Source: Microbotryum violaceum | Taxonomy: Eukaryota | Assembly (NCBI GenBank): GCA_001244265.2 | Contig: CDLV01000004.1 | Location: forward strand, 620,001-684,000 | DNA length: 64,000 bases | Direction: 5' to 3' | The notes under the pieces: generated by a model | Told to the model about the DNA's origin: nothing | Databases searched by the model: none | Seen by the model: the letters and a program-made list of their open reading frames with translations, nothing else | In this document: positions 25,403 through 37,352 of the stretch, one piece after another | Numbering within the stretch: the first letter of the stretch is position 1 | How the letters are laid out: each line of letters begins with the position of its first letter | Translations under genes and position numbers: made by a program

Positions 25403-28400
25403 TTACGCGTCCAAAAAGCTATCAAGTGATTCGCCCAAGTGTTCTTCGATCCTCGTGATCAACGATCGTGTCGCCCTTGCGACCCCGTCTTCGCTTTCCT
25501 CGAGCGTCTCGCTCAAGAATGGTGTAGTTTCGGGGACAAAACCGAGCATGCCGTCCCCAAGCGCGACCCAGACCTGTTCGAGAGCTTCGACGGCCGCTCG
25601 CTTCACACGCAGATCATCAGAGCGGGTATGCATAAGTAACGACATGTTGAATTGCTTGAGCAAGCGCTCGTGGGCCACGAGTCGCAGCGAGTATTGCGAC
25701 AGCAGAGGCTCGTAATGCGACTTGACGAGGCCAGGTGGCAGCACTTGGCGAGAAACGAGCACCTGGTCCGCAACAGGAGTCGATAGTTTGCCCAACCGCA
25801 GGGGCGTCCAAAAGTCTGCGAGAAAGCAAGTAGAGAGGAGTCAATCGAGGTCAGCCGTCTTTCCACCTGATCTACGGTACATGATTCAACAAAGCCGAAC
25901 TTACTGCCTTCGTCGTAGTCGATCGATTTGGTCAGAGCCGACGTCACAGCAGTCCAAAGTGCGACATCTTGATTGTCGCCTCGGGCGAACGCCACAAGCA
26001 GCTCGGTGGTTTGGTCGAGCATGAACGAGAAGTAAGGCACGACGATGCTGCGCAGCTGCGTCAAAAGTCGATCCATCAACTTATAAAGCACGAAGCGACG
26101 CGGAATGAGCGCAACCTCGCCTTGTTCCACGAGATCGATCACAACCCAATCGTAGGTGCGCAGGAACAGGGGTCGGAACGTCTGCTCGTTGAGTTTGAGG
26201 ATGAATTGCACGAAAGCGCCCAGTCCGGTGTCTTCGATGCGATCAAGGTCTTCGATGAGGAGCGACGAAGGCTGGAGTCGACGAAGATCAAAGATGGCAA
26301 GGAAGAGCTTGAAAATGGACCGGTAGGCCTCGGCAATGTCTGGAACCTTGCCATATCGCAAAGCGCGATTGAGAACGTCAAGCAGACCGAGGACGCCTGA
26401 AGCAGTGGGACTCGATCCTAGCGAGGCATGCATACGAATGATAGAGGGATACAGGACCTTGGCAGGAAGCCTCTTTGCGGCGGTGGAAAGGAGTGCTGCG
26501 CGGGCTTTGCTGACCGCCGTCCCCTTGCTTCCGGCGAGCACGAGCACGTCTGGCGAGAGAGCGAGCTGCAACACCTTGTCGGTATGCGCGCCGATGAAGT
26601 TGGGGATGGAGGAGAAGAGGCCCTCAAGTGTCTCGAAAATCGGAGCCGCAATGGCCGACAAGCCGGTGGGCTGCTTGGCGACCGAGCGGAGCGTGTCGAT
26701 GGCGAAAGGCACGATCTTGGCGACAAGAGGGATGAGACGAGGACCGAGACGGCTCGTGAGTTTCGTGACAATGTTAATTGCCAGCACCCGAGTAGCGACA
26801 TCATTATCTGCCGACGCCACTGCGATGAGGTACGGAACAACTTTGGCCAAGGCGGTGTCTTCGTCGGGATAAACCGATGATGTAATGACGAGCAACGTCT
26901 CGAGCGCCCCGTCGCGGTTCTCGGTCGTTTCGGACAGCAGAGTGTGCGCCCGGTCTACGACACACACCACCGCCGGTGAGATATCGGCCCGCCTGGCGGG
27001 CTTGATCTTGGGCAAGCGGGTGCGCAAGAGACCGAATGCGCGGGGCTGGATCGTTGCGTCGGACTGATCGAGCAGCCAAAGAATCGCCTCCGAGAATGAG
27101 CTCGTCGACATGAGGTGGATCGTCGACTGGATGCACGAGTTCGTCACAGCCACAAACTCGGACTTCGCAGTCTGCGGCAAGGTTGAAGTCGGCGGTGGCA
27201 CCAAACTCAACAGGGTCCGGATGAGACTGGTCAAGCTGGAGTCGACATCTTCCAAACCGGCAGCATGAGCCGCATCGACCTTGCCAAGTAGCTGTCGTGA
27301 TTCGAGCGTGGATGCGAGAAGCGACAGTTGCCGATCAACTTGCAGTGTCATAGCGTTGTTGGCCTCACTCTCCATTTCCATGGTGCTGTGAAGCAGATCC
27401 CAAAAATCACGAGTAAGCTTCCTGGTCGTAGACCGTCGTTCCAGCGTCACAGGAACACAGGAACTTACGCTGCGCGCGCATCCAAAAAAGATGGCTCGCC
27501 TTCGAGCAAATGTCCAACTTCGGCCACGATCTGATGGAAAGCCGCTAGTTGGACCTCGATCGAGAAGTGCTCGAGCACCAGCGAAGACAACGGGCTGCCG
27601 TCGGCGGTCTTGATATCGCGCTCGGCGAGCAACATGGTCATGGCCGACAGGAAATCTCGGGAGCCAAGCGTCTCGACGAGTCGCACGATTAGCCTTAAAG
27701 AAGGCAAGGCATATGCTTGTGGTTAACACTGAGAATGAAATGGAGAGCTGAGCCAAGAAGTGGTACTCACTTGATGCGTCGATGCCGAGGCATGTGCTCG
27801 GCAGCATCCGCAAACACTTGCAAGAGATCTTTGAGGTTCGCCACAAGCGCCTCGCGGTCCCCAGACTTGCGCTTCGTCGACTTGACTAGGGCCGGGATAA
27901 TGCTCTCTAGCGTTTGATCAACGACGCGCAAGCTACAAGCGTCGTCCCGCTGAATCACGTTCGCGCCGACAAACGTAAAGATGGGCATGACGTGGTGAAC
28001 GAGTAAATCTGGTACGAGCGGGCCGAGCTGGGCGAGCAAGAGCAATGCTTGGTGACACGTCTGCGGGTTCGTCGAAGTGCGCATGAGGTCGAGCACAGGT
28101 GACATCCGAATCGAGTCGGTGATGATCGTGTTCGCATTGGGATCGACATGCGACACCAGGGCAGACAGGCTTGAGAGCACAAGTTGGCCCGAGTATTGCA
28201 CATCGACCTGAGCGGGGGCGGGGACCTCAATCATGCTGGAAAGGAGATCGAACAGCGCCAACAGAAGGTTGGGGATGGGTTCCAATTTCGCGAAGTCCAC
28301 CGACTCGAGTATAACCACCAGCTCCGGGACGCGGTCGGTTCTGCTGCCTGAGGTGACAGACGAGTTGCCCAACGAGGTGCGTCCTCGTTTTGCACCTTTG

Positions 28401-31400
28401 CTGACCGGGGACGCCAAGGACAACTTGAGCTCGTTGAGGACCAAAGTGACCGTTCCAGCATCAACTTTAATGGCGCGCACCGCCGCCAATGGGGCCGCCG
28501 CGAGCCGCGCATCCTGATGAACACCAAGACGAATGAGCTGTTTGAACACGTCGAGCCTGTCCTCGCCCCGGACTACGGAGAAGAGAGATGCGCCAAGGAT
28601 CGTGAATGCCTGCTCGCGCAGAGCGCCGCCGATCCCGAAGAGTTCCTCGAGGCTCATCAACTTGACCAAGGTCTCGAAGGCCTGGTTGTCCGCGCTCGAT
28701 TCGATCCACTTCTTGCTCGCGCCGTCGAAAGGTTGCAGCAGTTCGCGGCTGAGTTGGGCGACAACGTTCGAATCCACGTCCTTGGAAAGGTTGAACCGTT
28801 CCTCGGCTGTGTACTCGGTTATGACTTGACGCAAGATAGGCAAGACCAAATTGGCTTTGAACGAGTCTCGGACCCGCGACAATATGCGCAAGAACGTGAA
28901 GCGAGTCTCCAAATCACTCCTCCACGCCAACGCATGGGACAGCAGAAACGTCGCGACTTTGACTTTCAGCGTTGTCTTCTTGGACGGGCTAGGATGACTA
29001 GCCGATGATTTGCTCGACGAGGCATCCAGTAAGGACTCGTGAATCGAGATAAGGTAGGATCCGTCCATCAAAATCTCAGTCTTCGCAGCCGCGATCTTCG
29101 TCAGATAGTCGGTGGTATCGGCGACGTCGAGGTATTGCAAGACCGAGCTTGAGAAAGGTCCGTAAAACTTCTCGCGGCCGTAAATATGACCTGTCGACTT
29201 GGGCATGGCCTGCAGCACGGCCGAGACCAGACCCATGGCTTCAACTCGGACGCGACGATCAGGCGAGGTAAGTGCCAAGACGATAGCAGGAACGACGACT
29301 TGCCAATCGACAGGTTTGCGCAGATCGGGTGAGGCTTGGGCCTGTACATACACAGCCGCATCCCGCAAGGCGATGACACGCAGCTCGAGAGGCACAGTGC
29401 TTGAGGTGAAGATCGATGCTAGGAACGCAAGGACGTCAACGACCACCATGTGCCTAAATAGCGATCGGAGCAGGGAGCTTGCAAGTGACGAAGGAGCGGA
29501 CTTCGTCGCTGATCGAGCGTGGGCGAATTGGTAGACCGCCAGAACGAAGTCCTGCAGATCCGAGTCGTGGTCGCCGTCTTGGGGAGCGAGCCAATTCCAC
29601 CGTATCCTCTCATCACTCTGTACTGTTTCCACTACAATCAAAAGGAGCGCTGTCCGTACCCATCGCAAAGTGTGGTGCTGGTTAGGGCGAAACACGACAA
29701 CATCCGCTACCGCCGCCGCTGGCAGGCCGTTGGCAAGGTCGGCTACAAGCTCGACCTGACCGTTCTCGAATGAGTCGATTCCGAAGGCAGTCTCGGTGAT
29801 GCGACCGAAGACGTGGAGAGCGAAGCGACTACGCAGCTTTGGCTCAATCATGCCCGCAATGCGAGCGGACACGAGACTGGACAGCAAGTGAGAGCTGGCC
29901 TCTGGCAGAGATGTCTCCCCGGCTTGCGCGATAGGAGTGACACTCGACAGAAGGTAGTCTTGCGCAACCTCGTAGTGCTCTCGAGCCAAGCCAGCAATAT
30001 TGCGCGCTAAGGTTTCGACCACGGCTTCGTTGGCACGAGTAGCACCCGCGGCAAACCCGTTATTGCTGGGATCGAGCTTGAGGTCAAACGAGGATCCTAC
30101 GCCGTTCAACCAAGCCGAAGTCGTCTCGAGTTTAGAGCCTTTAAGTGCAACCCATGCCACGACTCGCTGGCCGTGATCTGCTTTGGCGCTAAGGAGGCGG
30201 CTCCAAAACACGTCCCAAACCACGCGGTCGGCGAGCTCGGGAAACTGAACGACGAAATGATCGGCGAGGTAGGCCAGGACGAGCTTCACAGAAGCGATGG
30301 GTGCAGTTGCACCGAGGCTCATTTTTAGTGCTTGCAATTGATCGACGCCACCCACGTAATTGTTAAGGATCGAGAGGGCGGAAGGAGCCAAGACCGCGGA
30401 GACGACGGAAGCATCCGACTCCGAAAGCCGTGCGACCAAAGTGTCGTGAACAAAGGAGGGATTCGAGGCGGCTATATTATCCGCTGACAGCAGCAAATAA
30501 TTGAGAGCTTTGACTCGCACTGCTGCATCGGGATCGGAAGCGGCCAAGAACACGCTTGATGACTCCGTATCGTTCGCAACAGTGCGTCCGCCCGAGAGCA
30601 CGGCGTTGACCAGGGACCACAGCTTTGGCTTGTCGTTCGCCGGGAGAGTGCTCGTGCGCACGCTGAGCTCCTTCGACCAGATCGACGGCCATCGTTGATG
30701 AACTTGCGAAAGTGCGCGCACCAAAGGTTGGGTTGATTGGCTTGACGACGCGCACAGTGCAGCGGAAACAACGGATCGTGCCAAAAGCGTCACGATGGTG
30801 TCGGGGAGTACCGTGGGCGAAATGTGCTCGGATTCACCAGTTGGCAACAAAAGCTTGGACAGGATAGCAGCTTCGGCCTCCGATTCGACACTGTGTCCAT
30901 TATGTTTTTAGATCAGTCAAGCCCCCAGGGGAAGCGCTTAGAGCTATTAAGACTTACGCCTGCGCCGCCAAGGTATTGAGGAAGGGCGTCATAAACTTTT
31001 GTGCATCGTACTGATTGCATAGTTGAATGAGCAGATCGCAAAGACGTTCGACCTTCATCAAGCTCTTCCAGCCACTACCGCCGAGGAACTTCTTGCCCTC
31101 GCCGACATCGACCACACCCTGACCAAGGTGGGTGACAACGATGAGGGTTGTGATGAAAGCCGCGTCGGTTTCTTCGTCGCCGGTATCTCGCCTTGTTTTG
31201 TTGCTGACGATCGTTTTGACGACCACTCGCAGGGTCTCGCCTTCGAAGGGTAGATGGAGCGCGTAGCGGGCGAGCAAGATGTAGGTCGCAATCAACAGAT
31301 CGGGCTGATCCCTCGACGACCGCAGCACCTCGAGAATCGTAGACAGGACGGCAGCACGTTCTCCCTCGGGAAGTTTCGTGCCGGCGCGGTCGACGTAAGC

Positions 31401-32221
31401 GGCTACGAATTGCAGCCAGAAGCCGATCAACGCTCGGTCGACTTTCTCGTCGGCCTCGAGGTAGGAGAGCGGCAGTCGGAGCAAGAAGTCGAGAAGGCCT
31501 CGCGCTGTCGAAAGAGGGTTGAACGGAGAAAGGAGGGAGATGAGGTCGGGCAAGGCGAGGGGCGCCAAGGAGGCTCGGGCGTCGAGCAAGAGCGAGAACG
31601 GCGCGGTCTTCCGCAGGGTCGGCTCGGCGATGAGGTTCAAAGCGGACGGGAAATGAGCGGTGGTGTGGTATGGCATGAACAAGGCGATCAAAGACGCGGT
31701 GTTGAGATCATTGACCCTATGAGAAGTGAATGCGCCACACATCGACGGCGGTCGTCAGCGGCGGTCGTCGTAGGTGAGAAGTCGGGTTAGACTTCGCGTC
31801 TACGACTTTCATGAGCGGACAGAGCCCAGCAGAACAGCAGAACTGACCTGAATCTGCGTAAGAGCCATTCAAGTACGACTCCAGCTGGTTTGAGCAGCAT
31901 GTGCTTCCCCAGGGCCCGGAGCACCTTGTCGAGCACTTGGCCGAGCCGATCGTTGTCCTCCTTGGTCAAGGCGCTTCGATCGATCGTCTTGGCTTCCTCC
32001 CCCAAGATGCGAGCATGGTAGCGTTCAAAGAAAGGGTCGAGGTTCGAGAGCTGGTCCCAGGCATTGGAAGCGAGTGCATGGAGATCCGCGGTCGAGATGG
32101 ACGCCGCATGGCGCGGCGAGAAGATGAACGAAGGTGGGTTCTTGAGCGACTTTGCGGACTGCAATCGTACGGAGTCGAGTGTGGTCCTCTGTGCGAGTTG
32201 CACGGCCAGAGAGCTCGACAT
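25403..32221 (-). CDS. UTP10: U3 snoRNA-associated protein 10 (HEATR1/BAP28), multi-exon
   Basis: N-terminus MSSSLAVQLAQ...VLEWLLRRF, LFMPYHTT, long HEAT-like ORFs, BP28CT-like LKLNEQTFRPLF, and C-terminus VPETTPFLSETLE...IEEHLGESL. Confidence 0.95.
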
Positions 32222-32875
32222 AGTGGGCAGTGGGCAGTCGTGGGTGGAGTGGCGTGCGTTTTCAGGGCCAAATCTCCGATGGAAGGCTGGAGCGAGCGAG
32301 GCCAGTGAATCGTTCGCCAGGTGGGTGTGCGAAGGGGGGCATCTGAATGGGCCGCCGTTTGGGCAACAAATGGATTTGCGCGCCCGGGGCCTCCGCGCGC
32401 CCAGAAATATGGATATGCGCGCCCCGCCGAACGCTTCTGCGCGCCCGCGACTCGTCTAGCCTCGTTCATGCGCGACACACGCGATCTCACGCGCTCACGC
32501 GCACGCGCGACACTCGCGCGGACTCGCGCGGCCGCCTTCTTCCACACACACACACCGCCCCCACGTCAACCTTGTCCAGTTATTCCCCGCTTTCATAACG
32601 ACTCTGTTTCACTCAACAGCCTTCAACTGCTATCATGAGAAAAGTAGATGGTATCATTCCGACTTGGGAGAGGGAGTTGGCCGCCAAGGGTGCAGGTACG
32701 TTGCAAGCTGGGAGCTCTTTGAGCCCTCCTAGTGCAGGCTGGAGCAGATGCAGAGATTCTTCCAGTGCCGATGTTCGATGTTCGATATACGATTCTGCTG
32801 CTGCATACCAAGAGTCCTGGCCGGGAGCACCGGCGCAGGATTTGTCGGCCCACCCCGACAAATAATTATCTGGAA

Positions 32876-35263
32876 CCAGTGGGAACCCGTTAAATTAACG
32901 GGAGGATGAAATTCAAAAAATAGCAGGATAATCGGACAGTCTACATGATATCAGCGCAGAGGTTAAGAAAACACAATACGAAATACAGCAAAGAAACAAA
33001 ATCCATTCATATTACATTCATTGCCGAAACAGCCTGCATGTCGCTTGTTGCCGGACTTGGCTTCAAACACTCGTGCAATGAGATCCGGGCGGTTGCATGC
33101 TTTATTGGCCCCAGTGCAGCCTTGTGTTCCGGTGAGTCGGGGCCGTACGTCATCGTGATGAGCAGCGGAGGCTTTCCATGTTTGACAACGCACGCCATCG
33201 CATCCTGGTATCGCTGCCACGTGATGTCGCGCGGTCTATTCTTGAACGTCGAGCCCAAGGTCATCGAACGTCCAATTTGATTCGGGGTCAAGCCGTTGAT
33301 GCCTTGGGTCGTGGTGAGGCGTAGGTTCTCTTGATGTAACCGGATGTGTTGAGTCAATCGGTCTTGACTTGGGAGTACATCCGTAATTCACGAACTCCAG
33401 GAAGGGACGTTGGGTGCAATGCGGGATTGAGAAGTACTCGTCGCGTTTGGCAAGTAGTGCGCAAAGAATTGTGAACGCGAGACTCGCCACCTCGACCCCT
33501 TTACTTGACCTTCGTCCTAGGTGTTCAAAGGTTCAATGTCAGTCTGTGCTTGCGCCTTCGGCAGAATGGAACATCAGAGAAAGAGCCGAAGACGCGTACG
33601 TTCGCCATCACCATCCTCTTCGTCCCCTTCCTCGCCGTCTTCATCCTCATTGTCGCGGTCTTCGTCATCCAGACCGAGACCGGCAAGTACCTCGCGCAAT
33701 TGGACACCATTGTCGATCTGCTCTCAGTTTCTGGCGATTGGCGGCCTGGCTTGGTGGAACCCGCAAAGAGGAATGTTGGGGTGGAAGCCATCTTCCCCTG
33801 CAGGAAATAGTAGTGGCTACCGGAGAGGCATCGCGGACGAATGGAGCGAGCTAACGACTTGGTACTTGGGCCAACCCTCGGGACATCGATCACCGTGCAC
33901 CTGGAGAATAAGGTCTTGAGGTCCACGATCTCCCGTGTTGGTGTCGGAATCGCAGATAAGCATCGTCATTTCCGTGCTTGACGTAGGAAGGTTGTGGGTG
34001 CGTCGGTCCCGGCCTGGCGGGAGGCAGAGGCGCAGGATCCACTCTTTGGCCGTATCCCAACCTGCGCGAGCTTTGGCCTATGCGAACTCCCTCACAAAGC
34101 GATTGCCGGTGCGCAGGATGGACGGGAGCTTGGTCAAAGTAGATCGTTGCATGCGACTGTCTGCGCCGTCGGGTCCAAGTCGAGTGTCGGTGGCCTCGGC
34201 CGGGTCGATGACCCATGTTTGAGCAAAGGCTGGGCGTTGATTCACGGCAGGGATCAGGGCGCCGAGTCAATGGTAGAGGCGACCAAACACGCGAAACACG
34301 GGGGGTCCTAGTTCCCAGTTCCGAGCCTTGCAGTGGGTGCACACGGCCGTCTGGGGGCCGAGGTCGTCGCGGATCGAAACGTGGGGCTTGAGGGGTTTGA
34401 GCGCGATTCGAGCCCGGCGCACTCGCCTTTGCGGAGGTGGTGGTGGGGCGAGCCCAGCGTCGAGTTGGCCATCGCGCTGACCACGCTGTCCGTTCTGCAC
34501 AGCTGCACGGCGGGCTCGTATACGTGTCGCAATGCCAAGATCGGTTGAATTGTTGTCATGACGCGCGGGGGGCTGATTCTGTTGATCGGCGCGGGACGAA
34601 GAGGAAGGTCGAGCCGCGGGGCGCCCAGCAGCGGGCGCTCGAGCAGGCCCATGGTACGGCGCTACCCTCGCGCCCAAGACTTGGCGAGGTTGCGATGGCC
34701 CTCCCTGGCGACCTTGGGACCGGGGCATTACACAGAAGCGAAGGTTTGTTCTTGAATGAGTGTCACTAAAATTGGATGAGAGTGGGAGGGAGAAAGGAAA
34801 GGTTCGAGGAGTGGCACAGGATTATTTACGTGGTTTGTTTTGTTGTTTAGCCCCTAATGCCGGTGGTCGACTGCCGGACGGGCAATGACACGGCGGGCGC
34901 GCCGCATCACGTGACAAATGTTAGCCCTCGCCGGCCTGGCCCCGCGCGTCAGTCGCCAGGCGCCAGGCGGAGCTGTGCTGTAGAACCAATGCCATGTAAA
35001 GCCACGCGCTTGCCGTCCATTAAATGCAATATAAGTGTAAGCATTGTTTGACGTCAACTGAAAAAGGAAAGAAAATGCTGGGAGCGCTGTAGCTTCGTTG
35101 GAACGGCGCGGAAAATACAAAAGTCACCACAGGGCTTGTACATGACTTCTGATCGGAACCCCGACGCCACAGGCAGGTGCGGCAGACACAGCAGTATGCT
35201 GGTACATCCACCACAGGCGGCGCAACCTAGTTAAAAACAGCGATTTTAGGTACATTCCTTAAC
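32876..35263 (-). mobile_element. Non-autonomous Helitron, family A copy 2
   Basis: Same hairpin (32886-32902) and CTGG|T end as copy 1, and the same Rep fragments (ORF 33007-33357 YQDAMACVVKHGKP). Keeps DDLGPQTAVCTHCKARNW, which copy 1 lacks. Confidence 0.88.
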
Positions 35264-35302
35264 TCACCTTTTTTTATCCTTATCCTTAAAACTTATCCTT
35301 AA

Positions 35303-36923
35303 TCCTTCCTGAGACATAGACAAACCACGTGGCACAAACCACGTTGCATGACGTCATAGCAGCTCTCGGTCCAGCGTCCCAGCTAGCTAGCGCTGTTTCA
35401 GACCGTTTCGCCGACGTTCGCCTACGTTCGTCGAGCTTCCATTGTATAGCACGTGACCCTCTGTGTCTCGAAGCAGACTGTTTTGCGTGTCTACCACGTC
35501 AACGTCAAAGAACGTCAGAGAACGGGAGACAAACCACGTGGCGACAGACCGTTCCGTCCACGTTCGCCGAGGTTCCAACGTTCGTCGAGGTTCCATTTCC
35601 CATCAAAGCAGCTGGGCACGTGACCCTCTGCTTCGGGCTTCACTCCACAATGTTCCGCAGCCTTCCGCGACATTCTATGAGTCCGGTTTAAACTGAGGCG
35701 CAGGCTTCTCGATCTTTCTCCCTCCTGCTCTTCACACCTTACCCATCGCATTTCTTCACCGCCAGCTGGTGACACGCATACGTGAGTCATCCCTTGACAT
35801 GGCTGTGCAGTCTTAGATATGACGGAAAAACTGATACGAAAAACAGACATTGAAAGTCAGTGAAACAGCGGAAGGATTGATTTCGTACGACTGAGAATCC
35901 GGGTCATCGGCACACCAAATGTGAGTCTTCACTGCTATTGCTACAGATGGACAACAGCAAGAATACTGATAGTTGCAACGAATCACGCAAGAAAACAGGC
36001 TCTGGTCGCGTGACTGGCGGCTCACCATCCCGTGGCAGGTCCTCAATGTCTCGGTTCGGTGGGGTGACCATCACGTTGGCAAGTGTGTGCCAATCTTTCA
36101 AAAGCAAAAGGCAGGGCAGCATGACCAACTGACCGGTTCGACTGTAACATCACAGGGGTTCCGAAGCAATGCCTTCCCGTTATTCTCAAGTCATCGCCTG
36201 CATAAATCGTCGACGCTTGCTTCATGGAATGCTGACTTCTGGGGGAAGTTGGGGTGCTGCTTGACTTCGTACGGTTGAGAATCCGGGTCATTGGCACACT
36301 AAATGTGAGTCTTTACTGCCCTTGCTAGAGATGGACAACAGCAAGAATAATGATAGTTGCACAACGTCTCGGAGGTCTGAAGGCCAGCAACGACGAAGGC
36401 TCGAGCGAGAGCGTTCCGGTCCGGTCCCACACAGTTTTTCGCCGAACCCTGCCTCTACCGCATCAACATCGACGGATCATTTTATTTCCAGAAGATTTAG
36501 GGCACAACAATTGCGGAGACTCCGGGAAAGGCAGCAAATTTGATTCTATCAATCAATCGCCTGCACCTCAGCCAACGCCCAACGTCCACTCTGTCCCGGT
36601 GGATGGCGCCGCACAGTCACCAATTGCACTGCTTCCACTGCCGGAAAATCAACTTCATCCAATGGATCCACCACCTGTGAACGTTGCGATCTCTCGAAGG
36701 TCTCAAGATCAGCAAAGACGTCGTCAACAGGAAAGTCTTGAGCGAGAGCGTTCCGTTCCGGTCCCGCACAGTTCTCTGCCCGACCCTCCGCTTTGCCAAA
36801 TCACGACGAATCAGTCCACCTCCAGGAGATCAGAAGATAGATGAAAGCAGCGTAGAACCGTAGCCATCTGCAACTGCTGATTCTCAATGTGAGGTGGCGC
36901 GCGGAGCGCGCCGCCGAACTTAG
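35303..36923 (+). mobile_element. Non-autonomous Helitron-like element, family B copy 1 (5' end approximate)
   Basis: 3' hairpin GGTGGCGCGC-GGA-GCGCGCCGCC (36893-36915), then GAAC-TTAG|T. Colinear with 36947-37085 plus 43969-46273. Contains internal duplications. Confidence 0.7.
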
Positions 36924-37352
36924 TAGAGGTAGTAAAATAAAATGAATCTGTGTGGCTAAAGAACGTCAAAGAACGTCAGAGAACGAAAGACAAACCACGT
37001 GGTTTGACGTCATCGGCAGCTCTCGGTCCAGCGCGTCCCAGTTAGCTAGCGCTGTTTCAGCATCGGCGAGACCGCTTCGCCTACCAGGATCCCCGAAAGC
37101 CCAGCCAGAGGCGCATGCGGAAAAACGCCCTTTTTTGGCCTTTTTGTCAAAGTTTTTTACCCTATTTTGGCCCCAAAATGTCAAAATTTCGCATGCGCCT
37201 CGGAAATATTATCAAAGCGTGTTCTACATGCTCCAAAAATCGCTCAAAAGTCCTCGAAAACGCGTTCCGAGCGTTTGCGGGCGCGCCGCGGCCTATCGAA
37301 AGTGGCTTGCGGCGCGCGTCGCTTCGGCTGGTGTTGCGCGTGGCTCCAGGCT

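Noticed and set aside
32380-32555. CG/CA alternating tract upstream of UTP10 as Z-DNA or an RNA gene
   Set aside because: Compatible with an ordinary GC-rich promoter; no RNA gene structure seen.
35275-35310. Telomere-like TATCCT/TCCTTA repeats
   Set aside because: Short, irregular and not CCCTAA; reads as a low-complexity linker between Helitrons.
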